A DNA stretch of 64,000 nt from Zootoca vivipara (Eukaryota), in assembly GCF_963506605.1 (NCBI RefSeq), contig NC_083277.1:9982001-10046000 (forward strand), read 5' to 3'. Position 1 is the first letter of the stretch. Every line of letters starts with the position of its first letter. Shown here in pieces: positions 12,946 to 26,436 of this stretch. Both the position numbers and the translations under genes were made by a program. The notes beneath the pieces were generated by a model. It saw only the letters and a program-made list of their open reading frames with translations, ran no database searches and was not told the origin of the DNA.

Positions 12946-14615
12946 ATGGCTGCTGTTGCTGCTGGGGATCCCGTCCAGGATCTCCGTGATGAAGCCACTT
13001 GCTCCATCTGTGTGGATTACTTCAAGGATCCAGTGACCATCCCAGAGTGTGGGCACAACTTCTGCCGAGCCTGCCTGATCCGTTGCTGGGGGGAATCGGA
13101 GGCAGAGGCTTCCTGCCCTCAATGCAGAAAAACAGCCCAGCAAAATAATCTCATCCCCAACCGACAGCTGGCAAACTTTGTGGAATTAATCAAAAAGCTC
13201 AGCCTCCAAGAGGGAAAGGAGGAAGGAGGGAAAGTCTGCAAGGAGCACCGGAAGCCTCTGAAGCTCTTCTGCAAGGAGGATGAAGCCCCCATCTGTGTGG
13301 CGTGTGGCAAATCCAAGGAACATGAAAACCACAAGGTGATTCCTCTGGAGGAGGCTTACGAGGAGTACAAGGTAGGAAACCACTCGGGATCTTGAGCGGG
13401 GGAGGGAATAGCTGTGGATTCTTCTTGGGTGCTTTTCCCTGGCTCACAGGTCTGAACAAGGCATGCCATTCATTGTCTGGATGCCATTTGCATGCTGGTT
13501 GTTCAGTGGAGCTTGCTCCTGAGTAAGGATGGAATAGCACCCATAAACAGATAAATTGATCCCCTTCCTTTTAAGGATTTGAAATTTTATCAATACACAT
13601 TGCAGCACCTATAGTAAGCTTGTGAAGTCCTGGGACTTTCTCATTGTTGTTTTCTGCCCTAGTCCAACACTGCTACCCCTTTGGGGTAATAAAAAGATAG
13701 CAACGATGATGCTAATAAGACTTGTCTCCGAGGATGGGTGCATCGCATAGTAGCCATAAATTGCATGCTGCGGTAAATCTACAAATCTTACCTGTGCTTC
13801 TTGCATTGCAGGGGTTGGACTAGATGACCCTTGGCTCCTTTCCAACTCCCAGGGCTGCATCTCCACTAGGAGCCTGTGGGGTGGGGGGAGCTGGCAGAAG
13901 GTGATAGGTTTGCACTGAGGTGGAACACTTTTGATGTCCGGTCACCCACCCTCTCCCATTATTGTTTTTTTTAGAGGAGGGGGACAACGCAGTTCCCCTG
14001 GCTCAGACACCCTGGGAAGTTGGAGGGGAGCCATAAAGTAGCCACGTTTGTGGGTGGCACTCAACATCTCTGTCTGCCAAAACCTCCTAGGCTTCAAAGG
14101 GCTCAAAAAGGTCCTCTCTAGATCCCAGCTAGGCAAATACAGTACTTGCTTTTTGTATGAGTGAGACATGGTGAGGGGCACCCTATTTTTATGGTTACCC
14201 CCAGGCAATGAAATGTATTGAGCCAGTCCTGGCAGCTTCCATTTTTCTACATAGCCTATTGTTTATGTGGAAGATATAACCACTTATGTTTTGTGACTTT
14301 GAATATTTTTGTTCATTTGTATTTTTTACTTTACGCTAAAATGGATAACAATAATAATAATTTATTATTTATACCCCACCCATCTGGCTGGGTTTCCCCA
14401 GCCACTCTGCGTGACTCCCAACAGAATATTAAAATTACATTAAACATTAAAAAGTTCCCTAAACAAAACTTCTGCCAGGGTAGCAAGATTGGCAAAGCCT
14501 GCTAAAAATGCTCTCACCTCAATAAATCTTTTATGGTTTTTATCCAAACTTTTGCAGTTTATCTATAATCATTTATTAAAAACGTAAAAATACAAGCATT
14601 AGCTGTTGCATATTA

Positions 14616-14651
<36 letters not shown>

Positions 14652-17600
14652 TTATTATTTATACCCCGCCCATCTGGCCGGGTTCTGCTCAATTAAAAGT
14701 ATTAATGAATCGGAAGAGGGAGAGAAACCATTTAAGAGCAGGGCCACCGCATGTTAGAAGTCAGGGTGATAATCAATTTATCTCTCCATCTCTCTGTGTC
14801 TAGCCTGAGTTTTTTCTTTCCTCTTTAGGGACAGATCAGCATCCGCCTGCAGATCCTGATGAAAGAGAGAGAGAAAATTATAGCCTATCAAGTGGACCTG
14901 GAAAAGGAAAGCCAAACCCTCCTCGTAAGTATCACTATGATTATTAGGGAGGGAACAACCACCGGGTACTCGAAGAATCAAGTCAGGACTGAGGAGGGAT
15001 GGGAAATCTGCCCATTTCAGCCTCTCCCTGTTTCTCATTCTTCCACATGACAAGGCTCTTGCTTTATGCTGTGGTCATAAACAAAATGGAAGGCAATAGA
15101 AATGGCAGTGGAGAGGGTAGAGAGTGTGTTCATCCCTTCAACCTCCTGCCACCCTCCAATGTTTACTTTAATGTCTGAAGAAGAGGGCTTTTTTAGCTGC
15201 TAGGTGTTGGTTTTATGTCTACAGGTGAAACTTGGAAACTTAGAATATCGTCAAAAAGTGCATTTATTTCAGGCATGTCCAACAGGTAGATCGTGATCTA
15301 CCAGTAGATCCCTGGACGTCTGTGGTAGAACACTGGTAGATCACTTGCTCCCCCTAAAGAAGCTGAACAACTGTGGCTGCCCTAAAAAAGCTCAACATCT
15401 TTGCCCTGCACCCCTAAAATGACCTGAACCACAAAAAAACAGGGCTTTCCTTCCTAAAAAAAAAAAGCTCAACATTGCTTTCTTCCCTAAAGAAGCTCTT
15501 TTACAAATTTTATGTGAACCCCCCAAAACAGGGCTTTCCTTCTTAAAAAAAAGCTCCACAACTTTGACCTGAACCCCAAAAAGGGGGTAGATCACTGCCA
15601 CTTTTTAAACTCTGTGAGTAGATCGCAGTCTCTTGGAAGTTGGCCACCCCTGATTTATTTCAATAACACAACTTAAAAGGTGAAACCAATATATGAAATA
15701 GATGCATGACATGCAAAGCAAGATATGTCAAGCCTTTATTTGTTGTAATTGTACTTATTTGTCGTTAGGTGGGTCAATTATAAATGGAATGTAATTAATG
15801 ATATGTAATAGCAATTTTTTTGTATTATTGTAATCATTTGTTTTATCACTGTGGAATTTCCAAAAAAAAAAAAAAAGTTGCATTACTGAAATAAATGCAC
15901 TTTTCGACGATATTCTGATTTTCTGAGTTTCACCTGTATGAAAAATCAAACATGGCCTTCCTGTGGAATTCCTCTTGTGTCTCCTTCTGATGTTGTAAAT
16001 ACACATCCCAGACTCCGGCCGCCTCTTTTCCTATTTCTTCCTGCTTCTTGCAGAAATTGACAGAAACGGAGAGGCAGAAAACTGCAGAGAAGCTCAGGCA
16101 ACTGCGGCAGTTCCTGGAGGAACAAGAAAAACACCTGCTGAATCAGATAGAAGACGTAGAGGAGGAGATTGCAAGGGAAAGGGATGAGCAGCTGGCCAGA
16201 TTCTCCAGCGATCTCTCCTCTCTTGAAAGGAGCATGCAGGAGTTGGAGGAGAAGCGCCAGAAGCCAGCGAACGAACTCCTGCAGGTAAGATGGTAGCAGG
16301 AGCAGCACCAAGGCTTCACTCCTGGAAAAGGGTGCCGGCAAACTTTTAAGTGCCTCATTCATCTATGCAAGTAGTATGGGGTTCAGTATATGGAGGCTCT
16401 GGTCAGGAGAGCTGGGATGAATACAGACTAGAGATTCTTCTGTGGTGGATGGAACTGGATGTGGTTTTCTGCCCTTTGCAGAAAAGAATTGTCTCCTATT
16501 TGACACCCCAGGTTTTAGGCATTGAGATTGTCCTTCCCTCTTGCCCCATCCTCTCACCCAGAGGCAGACAAGGGACAACCGCCATTGTTTTAGGGACTCA
16601 TGTGAGATGCCTAGAGTACAGGGATGCTCACAAAGGTCACCCAGCGCTACTAGTCATATGAAGTAACAAATCTTGCAGCGCCTTCACGCTGGTATGTTGT
16701 CTTGACTCAACTAAGGCCTTGTCATCATGTCTATTTATCTCACCCCCGGGAGAAAAAAAACCGTTTCTGTCCTCAAGAACTTAGGACTGGGTAACTTAAG
16801 AACTTAACATTGGAAAAATGTAAACTGAGAGAAAGCAAAATTGGCTGATCCCTACCCCCCAAAAAATCATATGTCAGGCAGACTGACATCCGAGGGCCAG
16901 GCTGTTCCTCCATTCTGAGGGGGTCTTCCTAGTGTGGCCTGTGGTGTGCAGTGAATTCTCTTCTCTTTTTCCCTTTAGGATGTGAGAAGCACCTTGCAGA
17001 GGTACGTGGATCTGGCTCATTCCCATTAGCATCCCTCCAGGAGGTTGGGATGCAAGGACCTCAAACATGCCCCTCCAGGGGCTGCAGGGGAGAGACTGTA
17101 GGGCTCATTCCCTGCAGTATCTCACAAGTAAAAGTAGGGCCCCCTCTTTTGACCTTGTAGCACTCCAATTCTCGCTCCAAGGATCAAGATCAGAGTTCTG
17201 CCTTCTCCCCCCCCCCAATCACCTCATGCAGGACTGGAGCCAGTGTGGTGTAGTGGTTAAGAGCGGTAGACTTGTAATCTGGGGAACCGGGTTTGCGTCT
17301 CCACTCTTCCACATGCAGCTGATGGGTGACCTTGGGCTAGTCACACTTCTCTGAAGTCTCTCAGCCCCACTCACCTCACAGAGTGTTTGTTGTGGGGGAG
17401 GAAGGGAAAGGAGAATGTTAGCTGCTTTGAGACTCCTTAAGGGTAGTGATGCCAACCTAGCAGTTCGAAAGCACGTCAAAATGCAAGTAGATAAATAGGA
17501 ACCGCTACAGCGGGAAGGTAAACGGTAAACTGGTTCGCCAGAAGTGGCTTTGTCATGCTGGCCACATGACCTGGAAGCTATACGCCGGCTCCCTCGGCCA

Positions 17601-20600
17601 ATAATGCGAGATGAGCGCGCAACCCCAGAGTCGGTCACGACTGGACCTAATGGTCAGGGGTACCTTTACCTTTTTTTAAGGGTAGTGATAAAGCGTGATA
17701 TCAAATCCAAACCCCTCCTCCTCTTCTTCTCTGTCTCCTGCATGTTATATTCATTTATTGTTCTTTGAATAGACATCAGTGGGGAGACTCAGAGGCCTGG
17801 GGTTGCTGTTCTGGCCCTGTGATGTCTGGCTGTGGAGTTCATAGTGAGAAAGAATCTTTGCCCTTTGTGCCTGCCTGTCCCTCTAAACCAGGGGTCCCCA
17901 GACTTACCCGGCTTTGGGCCGGAGGGCAGGGGAGTGCGTGCGCAGCGGGCCGGAGGGCGGGGGAGTGTGCACCCGTGCGTATGCACACACACACTTACTG
18001 GCGCGGTGGCGCGCTTCCAAAAATCGCTGAAAATCGTTTGGGGGCATGCGTATGGGCCTCCCCCGACCCGGAAGTGCACCGGAAATGATCTCTTCTGGGT
18101 CGGGAGAGGCCCATATGCATGCGCACAAACGATTTTCGGCGCTTTTTTCCGATCTGGAAGTGCGCTGCCGCGCTGCGCGCCGTAAGAGCAGGCGGCGGGG
18201 GTCGTCGCAGGCCGGATTGGGAGGCCAATTGGGCCGCATCTGGCCCGCGGGCCATAGTCTGGGGGCCCCTGCTCTAAACTTTCTGCAATTCTCTTCCTCA
18301 ATTCCATTTTTTTCATGTACTAGGAATTGTGGATTTGTAGAGGCTAACAGTGTTTTTCTTTTCACCAGGTATGAGAAAAGGGAGAGTCAAGAGAATCCAA
18401 TGGCTTTATTTCCAGAGCTGAAGAAGAGGATCTCGGAATTTTGTGATATAAATATCCTTGTGGAGGATGTCATGGAACAATTTGAAGGTAATGAAAACTG
18501 CCTGCAAGGATTTTACACTAGGCTTTATATTAGTTCAGAACTGAACATGCCAGGCTCTTGTTGCGTTGAATTTCATTCCTGCTGCAGAGAGGGTAGTTTC
18601 CTTCTTGGTGTTCCAGCGATCATTTCCTTTCCCCCGTGTATATTGTCACTCTGGATCCTGTAAAGAAAGCCTTAAACATAGAGTAAAGTCAGGATTTTTT
18701 CCTCCAGTGTGCATCTGTTTTCAATTATACGGAACCTCCTTTTCCTTTTGGTTCCCCGTCTACACAATCTGGGGTTGTCCTTTTGGAGGTTCTCCTGCTC
18801 TGAACGGAGTCAATGGGCATTAAGAAGCCCCCAGTTCTACCTCTGCCGCCTGCTTAGGCTTGTTTCTCAGCAGTGGAGCCAAGGCCTGAGCCGTCTTCTT
18901 CTCAGACGTCCCTCTGCAGCTGCCATATCTAGTGCTTCAGCCTTCAAGATCTCCTGAGAGTTCCCCCATTGAGGATGGAAACAAGAGCTCATGAGCCCAA
19001 ATGGGCACAATTACGCTTGTTAACAATCTGAAAGATTTGTAGAAGGTTTGTGAAGAAGGGCTTCCTTTTGCATGAGAGAGATGCCAGTCCTTCCTCATCG
19101 ACCTTCGCTTCTCCTTGTGGTTCACAATTTTGCCTTTAATAATTTTCCCCACCACTTTACTTGGGGCAGATGTTAAGCCTGCCTCCATCTCCCCTCTTTA
19201 TCCTTTTACAGGATTCCTATTGTGCTGCCTCCTCTCCAGCCCTCCACCCTTGACACCAATTTTAGTGACAAAACTCAGAGAATATCAGGATTTATGCTGA
19301 ATATTTTTATTCTGATGTTTGTAAGCTTGCTTTACAATTTCGGAGTTTCAAAGCTTTTGTGGTTTTCATAGATTCTTCCTATGATTTATAAAAAAAATTA
19401 TACTTCTTAATCTTTTTTTAAAAAATTGAAGATGCTATGTTATGAAGTGTTACTTTTGTATGGAGATTTATTTCAGGTGGAAGAGTGTTGCCCTTACACT
19501 ATATCTTTTTGCTTCCTCAGATGCTCTGTTATTCAAAGAACAGCTTCAGGAAGGTAAATTTCATTGGGAAAACAATTTCACAGGTGGGATGGGGACTGAT
19601 ATTTCATTGGTGTTGAACCATCTGTGCTGCAGATTTTGGGACCCCCATCAATGGCGTAACTCTGGGTAACAGTCCTCTAGTGGTGTTTGGGTTCTTTGTA
19701 TGTCTCATGAATGAACTGGAAGAGGGTTTGAAGATATGTGTTGGGGGCATAGCTGTTCCCTGTGAAGAACCTGCACATCAGTCTGGGACTAATGGAAGAG
19801 TTCCATTCCTGCCTGGTTTTCTACTTGATTTTTTAGTTTTATTTTTATCTATTTCATAAAATTTTATATATCGCTTGATTGTGTGTGGGGGTGTGTGTGA
19901 CTTCAAAGACTTACAGTACCTTTCAAGAGTCTTAAAGGACTCACACTACTTATGAGATCAACCCCATTCTATGAAGGAGGACTTCATATTGCATGAGACC
20001 CTTGGAATTACTTTTTAAAGCTCTGCCAATTCTTCCTCTGGAATTTGGTTTGTAGTCATGCTTGAAAATTCCGGCTTCAGCACCTATTTCCCACCAGTTT
20101 ATACTTGGGGCAGATCTTAACCTTCCTTCAGCTCTCTTTTGGATCTTTTTAAAAGATTGAAATGGCACTTCCGGCCTTCCAGTCATCCAGTATAGATCTC
20201 TATTTCATTCGTGGATTCAAATTGATTTTATTTTGCGATTTTCTAGTATGGAGTACCGTTCCTGGTTTTCACATAGAAGCACAGAATAGTAGAGTTTTAA
20301 AGGTTTCCGAGGGCCATCTATGTTAGTGTCTTTAATTTCTTAGTCATACTGTTTCTTGTTTGCAGTTCTTTGTTCTCTGATTTAATCTTCTGCTTGAAAT
20401 AAGGAAACAACAGATGCTTGCTTATGATGTAATACTTTCGTAACAAGATTAAACATTATATCTTTTTGCTTCCTCAGATGACCCATTACTCAGAAATCTT
20501 CAGAGAGGTAAGTTTCACATGGAGGCCTAAATTCACAGAAGGGGTCGGGCCTAGTCTTTCATGGGGTCTGTGAAGAACCATCCATAGCTTGACTCTGGTC

Positions 20601-23443
20601 TTGCTGTTTGGGTTTTCCCTATGTACAACAAAGGCAGAGACGCTGGGATTGAAGGTGCAGACAGGGTAGGGAGAGGATGGGGAGAGGGCTTCCCCTCCAA
20701 AGAAACTGCCCAGATGTATAAGACTAAGTTCTCTGCCTGCCTAGAGATAGTTTGTTTGCTTTATGTGACCAAAGCACTTCGCAGCTATGTTAGACCAAGA
20801 GTCCATCTCATCCAAAATCCTCTTTCCAGCAGGAGCCAAACTGATGCCACCAGGAAGTTGCTTCCAGTTTCTGGCTTCAATCACCTGAGAATCAGAGGCA
20901 GCCTTGTCAGTAGCCCCCCCCCCCTTGAAAATTTAGCCCACAGGGAGATCTGTTTTGCTGGCCAGATCCAGCACTGTCTGCACCCCTGGTCTTATTAAGG
21001 GACCAAGGAAGGCTTCATCTTCTGGAAGTTTAAAAAGCAGTTCCAAGAAGACAGGTGCTAATGGCTGATTTGGTAGGGAGAAATCTGTAGTCTGAAATGG
21101 CTCAGCAAGCTCAGGTCAGGGAGGAGGAGTTGGTCTTAGTGGGAAGGGGCCAGAAAGAAACAGCCCACCCTAAACATCCTTCTGCTTCCAGAGGAATTTT
21201 GGGAAGAGGCGCTTCACTGTGGAGGCACAGTGCTCTCTTTCATTTTTTTGCCTAATATTTTTTTAAAGAAAAAAATCTTCCTGCCGTGGGGATTGTGAGT
21301 GGGAGCCATGCATGTGATGGTATTAACTCTAGTTCAATAGGTACTCCACCGTAGCCAACTTTTCCTCAAGCACAGCTTGTTTCAAGGTATTTAATAAGAA
21401 AGAATAAATAATTGTTATTTATACCCCACCCTTCCCGGTTCAAAAACTCGGGCTCAGGGCGGCTAACAACAAATTTAAAACACTTAATTGTAATACAACA
21501 TAAAAGCAGCTTAAAATACAGTATAGTAGCATGAATAACAATATAATTCAAGTTCAATAATCAATTTGGGGGGAATCCACCCAAATCACCAGGGCTAGCT
21601 GGCTAAATTAGACCTACTTGGGCCAGCGAGGAGGCCAGGGGAGAAATAGCTGTGGGGTCCCAGAGTGGGTAATCTTCATAAAACCGGGGGGGGGGGAGAG
21701 AAGGGAAATAAAAGATCAGGCTGAGTTCAAATTAAAGGCCAGGCGGAATAGCTCTGTCTTACAGGCCCGGCGGAAGGAGGTTAAATCCTGTAGGACGCTA
21801 GTCTCATAGGACAGAGCATTCCACCAGGTTGGAGCCATCACTGAAAAATTCAAATATACAAATGCAGGTGTGAGTTCAGGACAATGAATCAGCTTTACAG
21901 TGAAAACTGCAAAAGACGAAACATTATTTAAAGAGCTTTTAGCATGCACCAGGAAAGGAAATTTGCATGTTGGTGGTACAACGATTCTACGGAAAGTTTC
22001 ACAATGCAAGGGCATCTGCTAGGTTGCCCAACTTTGTTTTCCTCATTGAAACGTTAACCCTTGAAGCAGCATTAGTCCTACCTCCGGCTTAGCTAAAATG
22101 GGCTGATCAGTCTGCACTGACGCTCTTCCCAACTCTAACTATAAATGAGGTTATTAAGGGGTCGATAGCTGTTCTCTGCTGAACTGAACTGGGGTGTCGT
22201 CATTCAACACCCCATGGGAGCTCCAAAAGGCTAATTCACCCAGAAAGTGCCAAAGGAGGGCAGTTTCTGTCTACTGGCCACTATCCCCTTCACTAACATA
22301 GAAGAGCTGAATATTCTTATTCTTACTATTTATTGAATTTATATATTGCCCTACACCCAAGGGTCTCAAGGCGGTTCACAGAATAAAATAAAGATATAAA
22401 ACCACAAAATACATCATCATCATCATAATTAATAATAATCCAATAGCCCCCCCCCAAAAAAAACCACATTTTAAAAGGGCATAGGACAGGCTTCCTCAAC
22501 TTCGGCCCTCCAGATGTTTTGAGGCTACAATTCCCATCATCCACTGGTCCTGCTAGCTAGGGACTATGGGAGTTGTCGGCCAAAAACACATGGAGGGCTG
22601 AGGTTGAGGAACCCTGGCATAGGATAATGTTTCCTGGGTGATTTTGCTTCTTGGAAGATACCTAGATTGAAAGGAGGGAAACAATATAAATGCATTGTGT
22701 TATGTAAAAGAAGAACAAAACTGATTCAAAATCTAAAAGGAATGTATTTATTCTGACGAGACTCTGGAAGACTCCTAATTTTAGGTGTGAGGCAAAGAAC
22801 TCCCCTTTTTTAGAGGGAATCTGGTACCTGGGGTGTTTTTTGGTTCGGGATGTCTGCCTCTGACTCTCAGCTGATCCTGCCTCTCTTCTCTTTCCCTCAT
22901 CCTCCCCCTACAACAGCAAATGTCACTCTGGATCCAGACACAGCCCATCCCAGCCTCATCCTGTCTGAGGATCGGAAAAGCGTGAGATATGGAGACAAAG
23001 AGCAAGACCTGCCTGACAATCCTGAGAGATTCAACAACCGTACTTCTGTGTTGGGACGTGAGGGATTCACAGCAGGCTGCCATTTCTGGGAAGTCACTGT
23101 GGAAAGTGAGGGAAAGTGTGTCTACTGGACTGTGGGGGTCACTAGGAAGTCTGCAGAGAGGAAGGGTGACTTTGACTTAAGTTCTGAGGGAGGGATCTGG
23201 GCTGTGGGGAAGTCGGGAGATGAGTACATGGCGTTTGACCCCCCTGATTACCTCCCTCTGTCCCTGCTTTGGGAGCCCAAAAGGATCCGAGTGACTGTGG
23301 ACTATGAAGAGGAGGAGGTGTCTTTTTCTGATGCTGACTCAGGAACCGAACTCTACACTTTCTCAGGAGCCTCATTTTCTGGAGATACCATCCTCCCTTT
23401 CTTTCACCTGTCAGGAGATAAAACCCACTTCAGGATCTCCTGA
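12946..23443 (+). CDS. TRIM (TRIM27/TRIM39/RFP-like) paralog B, complete: RING, B-box2, coiled-coil, PRY/SPRY E3 ligase, about 494 aa
   Basis: Exons 12946-13371 (C3HC4 RING CSIC...CGHNFC...CPQC and B-box CKEH...FCKED...IC...H...H), 14829-14924 (96), 16054-16284 (231), 16979-17001 (23), 18369-18487, 19521-19553, 20478-20507 and 22917-23443. All are GT-AG; total 1485 nt in frame. Kozak gccATGg; AATAAA at 23674-23679. Confidence 0.92.
15222..15936. mobile_element. Tc1/mariner-type MITE with a nested hAT MITE (15270-15652)
   Basis: Long TIRs caggtgaaact...agtttcacctg flanked by TA. The nested element has the 8-bp TSD atttattt. An uninterrupted copy lies at 37703-38061. Confidence 0.85.
17236..17730 (+). 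mobile_element. tRNA-derived Squam3-like SINE interrupted by a 5'-truncated Sauria SINE (17451-17675)
   Basis: tRNA-like head with A/B boxes. 14-bp TSD ttaagggtagtgat at 17437-17450 and 17676-17689. Confidence 0.8.
17889..18271. mobile_element. CpG-rich hAT-type MITE, probably young
   Basis: TIRs caggggtccccagact / agtctgggggcccctg, 8-bp TSD ctctaaac, internal palindrome. Confidence 0.85.
21405..21845 (-). mobile_element. L2 LINE 3' fragment
   Basis: FSVMAPTWWNAL...SFRRACKTELFRLAF C-terminus and (AAT)-like tail. Confidence 0.75.
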
Positions 23444-24059
23444 GGAGATGGAATCCACCTCACAGGCAAGAGTTTCTCTCTGGACCAGAATGACTCAGAT
23501 TAAAACAACAGCAGCATTTGCCTCTCAAGGGCACTTTGAGGAGGATTCATTCCAGTCGAAATAAGCAGAAATAACAAAATAGTCAATCAATTGTTGTTGT
23601 GTTTTTCTTTTTCCTTTCCAGAATTTATTCTGCAGGTGAGATCTTAAGGAAACAGTAACACTTGACCAATCTGAATAAATAATCTTTTCCTCATAAAGGT
23701 TCAGCCTCCATCACCTTCAATCCTGGTTTCATTTCTACACCTTCCTCTGCTCACAAGACCTTCTGCAGCTATTCAAACTCACACTGAATTAATATATTTC
23801 TAGAAATTAACCCCTTCACCCACACCAGGCAGGAAGGCTCCTTGCTCTGGAGAACTCAGACAAGAAGAAAACACAAATAACTTGAATAGGGCACAAACTT
23901 CAAACCCCCCTATGCAAATACAGCTTTTCTGTCTCAACACTTAGGTACTTGTTGAATTCAGTGGGGCTTTTGCCCTGTTAAATGTGTTTACACATTTGCG
24001 GGGGGGGGGGGGAAGCAAGGGCTTCCTTAGCACCTCAGCCCTTGCTTCCCCCCCCCCTA

Positions 24060-24282
24060 AGACCAATTGCAGTCACTAACAGTCATTAACAGTCATCAAC
24101 AGGTTTACCACTCCTATCAGCCCATCACCCATTCCCATCACCCCACCCCCCACCCTCTGAATATACATAAGGGTCTGGTGACTTCTGTTTCAGTGTATCT
24201 GACGAAGTGTGCATGCACACGAAAGCTCATACCAAAATAAAAACTTAGTTGGTGTTTAAGGTGCTACTGAAGGAATTTTTTT
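24060..24282 (+). mobile_element. Penelope-like fragment carrying a hammerhead motif (24195-24232)
   Basis: gtat-CTGACGA-a-gtgtgcatgcacac-GAAA-gctc-atac. Same 3' flank as 11866-11950. A short hairpin at 24000-24058 is adjacent. Confidence 0.75.
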
Positions 24283-24922
24283 AATAATAATAATTTTTTA
24301 TTTGTACCCCGCCCATCTGGCTGAGTCTCCCCAGCCACTCTGGGCGGCTCCCAATCGAATATTAAAACAATACAGGATTAGCACAATTACAAAAGTCACA
24401 AACAATACATAAACCACATCAAAAAATACACAACCAAATGGAAAACAATTTCCACATAAATCAAAATCCAAAACTAAGAATACAGCATTGATACAGTTTA
24501 AAATGACATAGGTAAAAAATAACAGGAATTAAAACGAAACAAAACACAGCCCTCTCTGCCCAGCAGTGGCGGTGGCGGCAGTCCTCTATAGAGCCCACCA
24601 GGCCCCACCCTGGGCCAGGTGCTGAGTGGCAGGACTGGGGCACCGAGCAGGGAAGACTCTGGGTGACACGGGTGGTGAGTTGGGGATCTTGATTGTTGTA
24701 ACAGTGACTTGAGTGGGAAAGAGATCTTGGGGTCAAGACGAATAGCTCAGTGAAGAGACCGCAGCAGCTGTGAAAAGAGAATGCCATCTGAGGGATCATC
24801 AGGAAATGAAGTGAGCGTAAAAGTGCCAATAAATGCCACTTTTCATTTTATGGTGCAAACCACATTTGTAATAGTGCGTCCAGTTCTGGTCAATTTGGCT
24901 GAAAAGCCTCCCCCCCCCCCCC

Positions 24923-24995
24923 GGCAGAGTGGCACAGGGGGAGTACACTGGGCCCATAACTCAGAGGTTGCTGGGTCAATAACTTCCCTCTGCTA
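24923..24995 (+). pseudogene. tRNA-iMet pseudogene
   Basis: ggcagagtggcacag...ctgggcccataactcagaggttg...ctctgcta; B box degenerate. Confidence 0.75.
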
Positions 24996-25169
24996 GGCAG
25001 ATGCTGCCTTTGGCTTCTGCCTCAAATACCCAGAAAGAGAAAAGAGGTCCTTTTCCACTGGTGGCAAAGATGTGGTATTTTGCCAAACACTTCTAAAGGT
25101 CAGCAGGACTCTCACCCTCTAGTCATGTGGCAATCTCTCCAGCAGGGCTAATCCAACACATAAATACAT

Positions 25170-25611
25170 ATTTTAAAACCTCGGGACCGCCTCTCCTGGT
25201 ATGCCCCGCGGAGGACCTCAAGGTCCACAAACAACAATATTCTGGAGATCCCAAGCCATAAGGTGGCTAGATTGGCCTCTACTAGGGCCAGGGCCTTTTC
25301 AGTATTGGCCCCAACTTGGTGGAACGCTCTTTCATAGGAGACCAGGGCCCTGCGGGATTTGTCATCTTTCCGCAGGGCCTGCAAGACAGAGCTGTTCCGC
25401 CTGGCCTTTGGGTTGGACTTAGTCTGACCCCTGTGTTTTCCTCCCTCATGGCTTGGATTTATGAACTACTTAAAATGAGGCTGCATTTTAAATTTTAATA
25501 TTGTATTTTAATCTGTATTTTAATTAATTGCTTTTTATGTTTTATTGTAATTTTATTGGTGTTAGCCGCCCTGAGCCCGGTTTTGACTGGGGAGGGCGGG
25601 GTATAAATAAA

Positions 25612-25658
<47 letters not shown>
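25170..25658 (+). mobile_element. L2 LINE 3' fragment with (ATT)n tail
   Basis: RAFSVLAPTWWNAL...FRRACKTELFRLAFG followed by an (ATT)n tail. Confidence 0.8.
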
Positions 25659-26066
25659 GGGTGTAGGGGACCTTGCACATTCCTTGCCACTTTCTTAAAG
25701 CTTTCCACCTCTGGATGGCAATGGTCCTCATCAGCTGCACCAGGGGTGTAGAGACATTCAAGGTTCCCAACCTTGTGACCTGGGCTTGAGTCCCGGCTGG
25801 TGGTGAATTCCTTCCTCTGTGTTTTGCCTTTCTGAGAGGGAAGGATGGCACAGCCAGGCAGACATTTTATGCTGCAGAGTCCCCAGTCAGTGGGATTTTG
25901 GCCCATGTGAACAAAGCACCACAGATCAGCATCCCACCACCCCAGGCTCAAAGGAGAGCTCCCTTTCTTCCGAAGTTTTCCACATAGCAAGGGGAGCGTC
26001 CTTTGGGGTAATGCCCATGAAAGGGAGTGAATGGACTATGCAAAAGGAACACGACCTGTACAGCTT

Positions 26067-26139
26067 TGCCAAAGCCCGGGGTTGAACCAGGGACCTTTAG
26101 ATCTTCAGTCTAACGCTCTCCCAACTGAGCTACTTTGGC
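26067..26139 (-). tRNA. tRNA-Phe(GAA)
   Basis: 73 nt, full cloverleaf, acceptor GCCAAAG/CTTTGGC fully paired, TTTT downstream. Confidence 0.9.
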
Positions 26140-26436
26140 TGCCCAGGGCAAAAGCAAGCACCGTTCTAGTTTCTCCCAGAAACAAGACTCCCAAGTTGCA
26201 AGATAAGGTGGCTGGACCTTTTTCTCAGTGGCCAGGCGCCCTGGCATCGAAACCTTTGGATAGCTGTGCTGCCCCCACCTCTCCAAGGGGCGAAAAAGAG
26301 AGGAAGACATGCATGAACCCAGGTCACAGGACTGGCGACTTCATATGATACCCCATCACTACTCACACAGCTTGTGAGGAGGTAATTTTCTTTCCAAATA
26401 AGAAGTACTGTGTTGTTTGTTGGACACAGAACAGTT

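Noticed and set aside
17765-18365. Cluster of overlapping GC-rich ORFs, or a CpG-island promoter
   Set aside because: Explained by a CpG-rich hAT MITE with TIRs and an 8-bp TSD.
22850-23443. Stand-alone B30.2 (vespryn/ohanin-like) secreted protein
   Set aside because: No signal peptide, and the exon has a phase-compatible acceptor joining it to the upstream TRIM exons.
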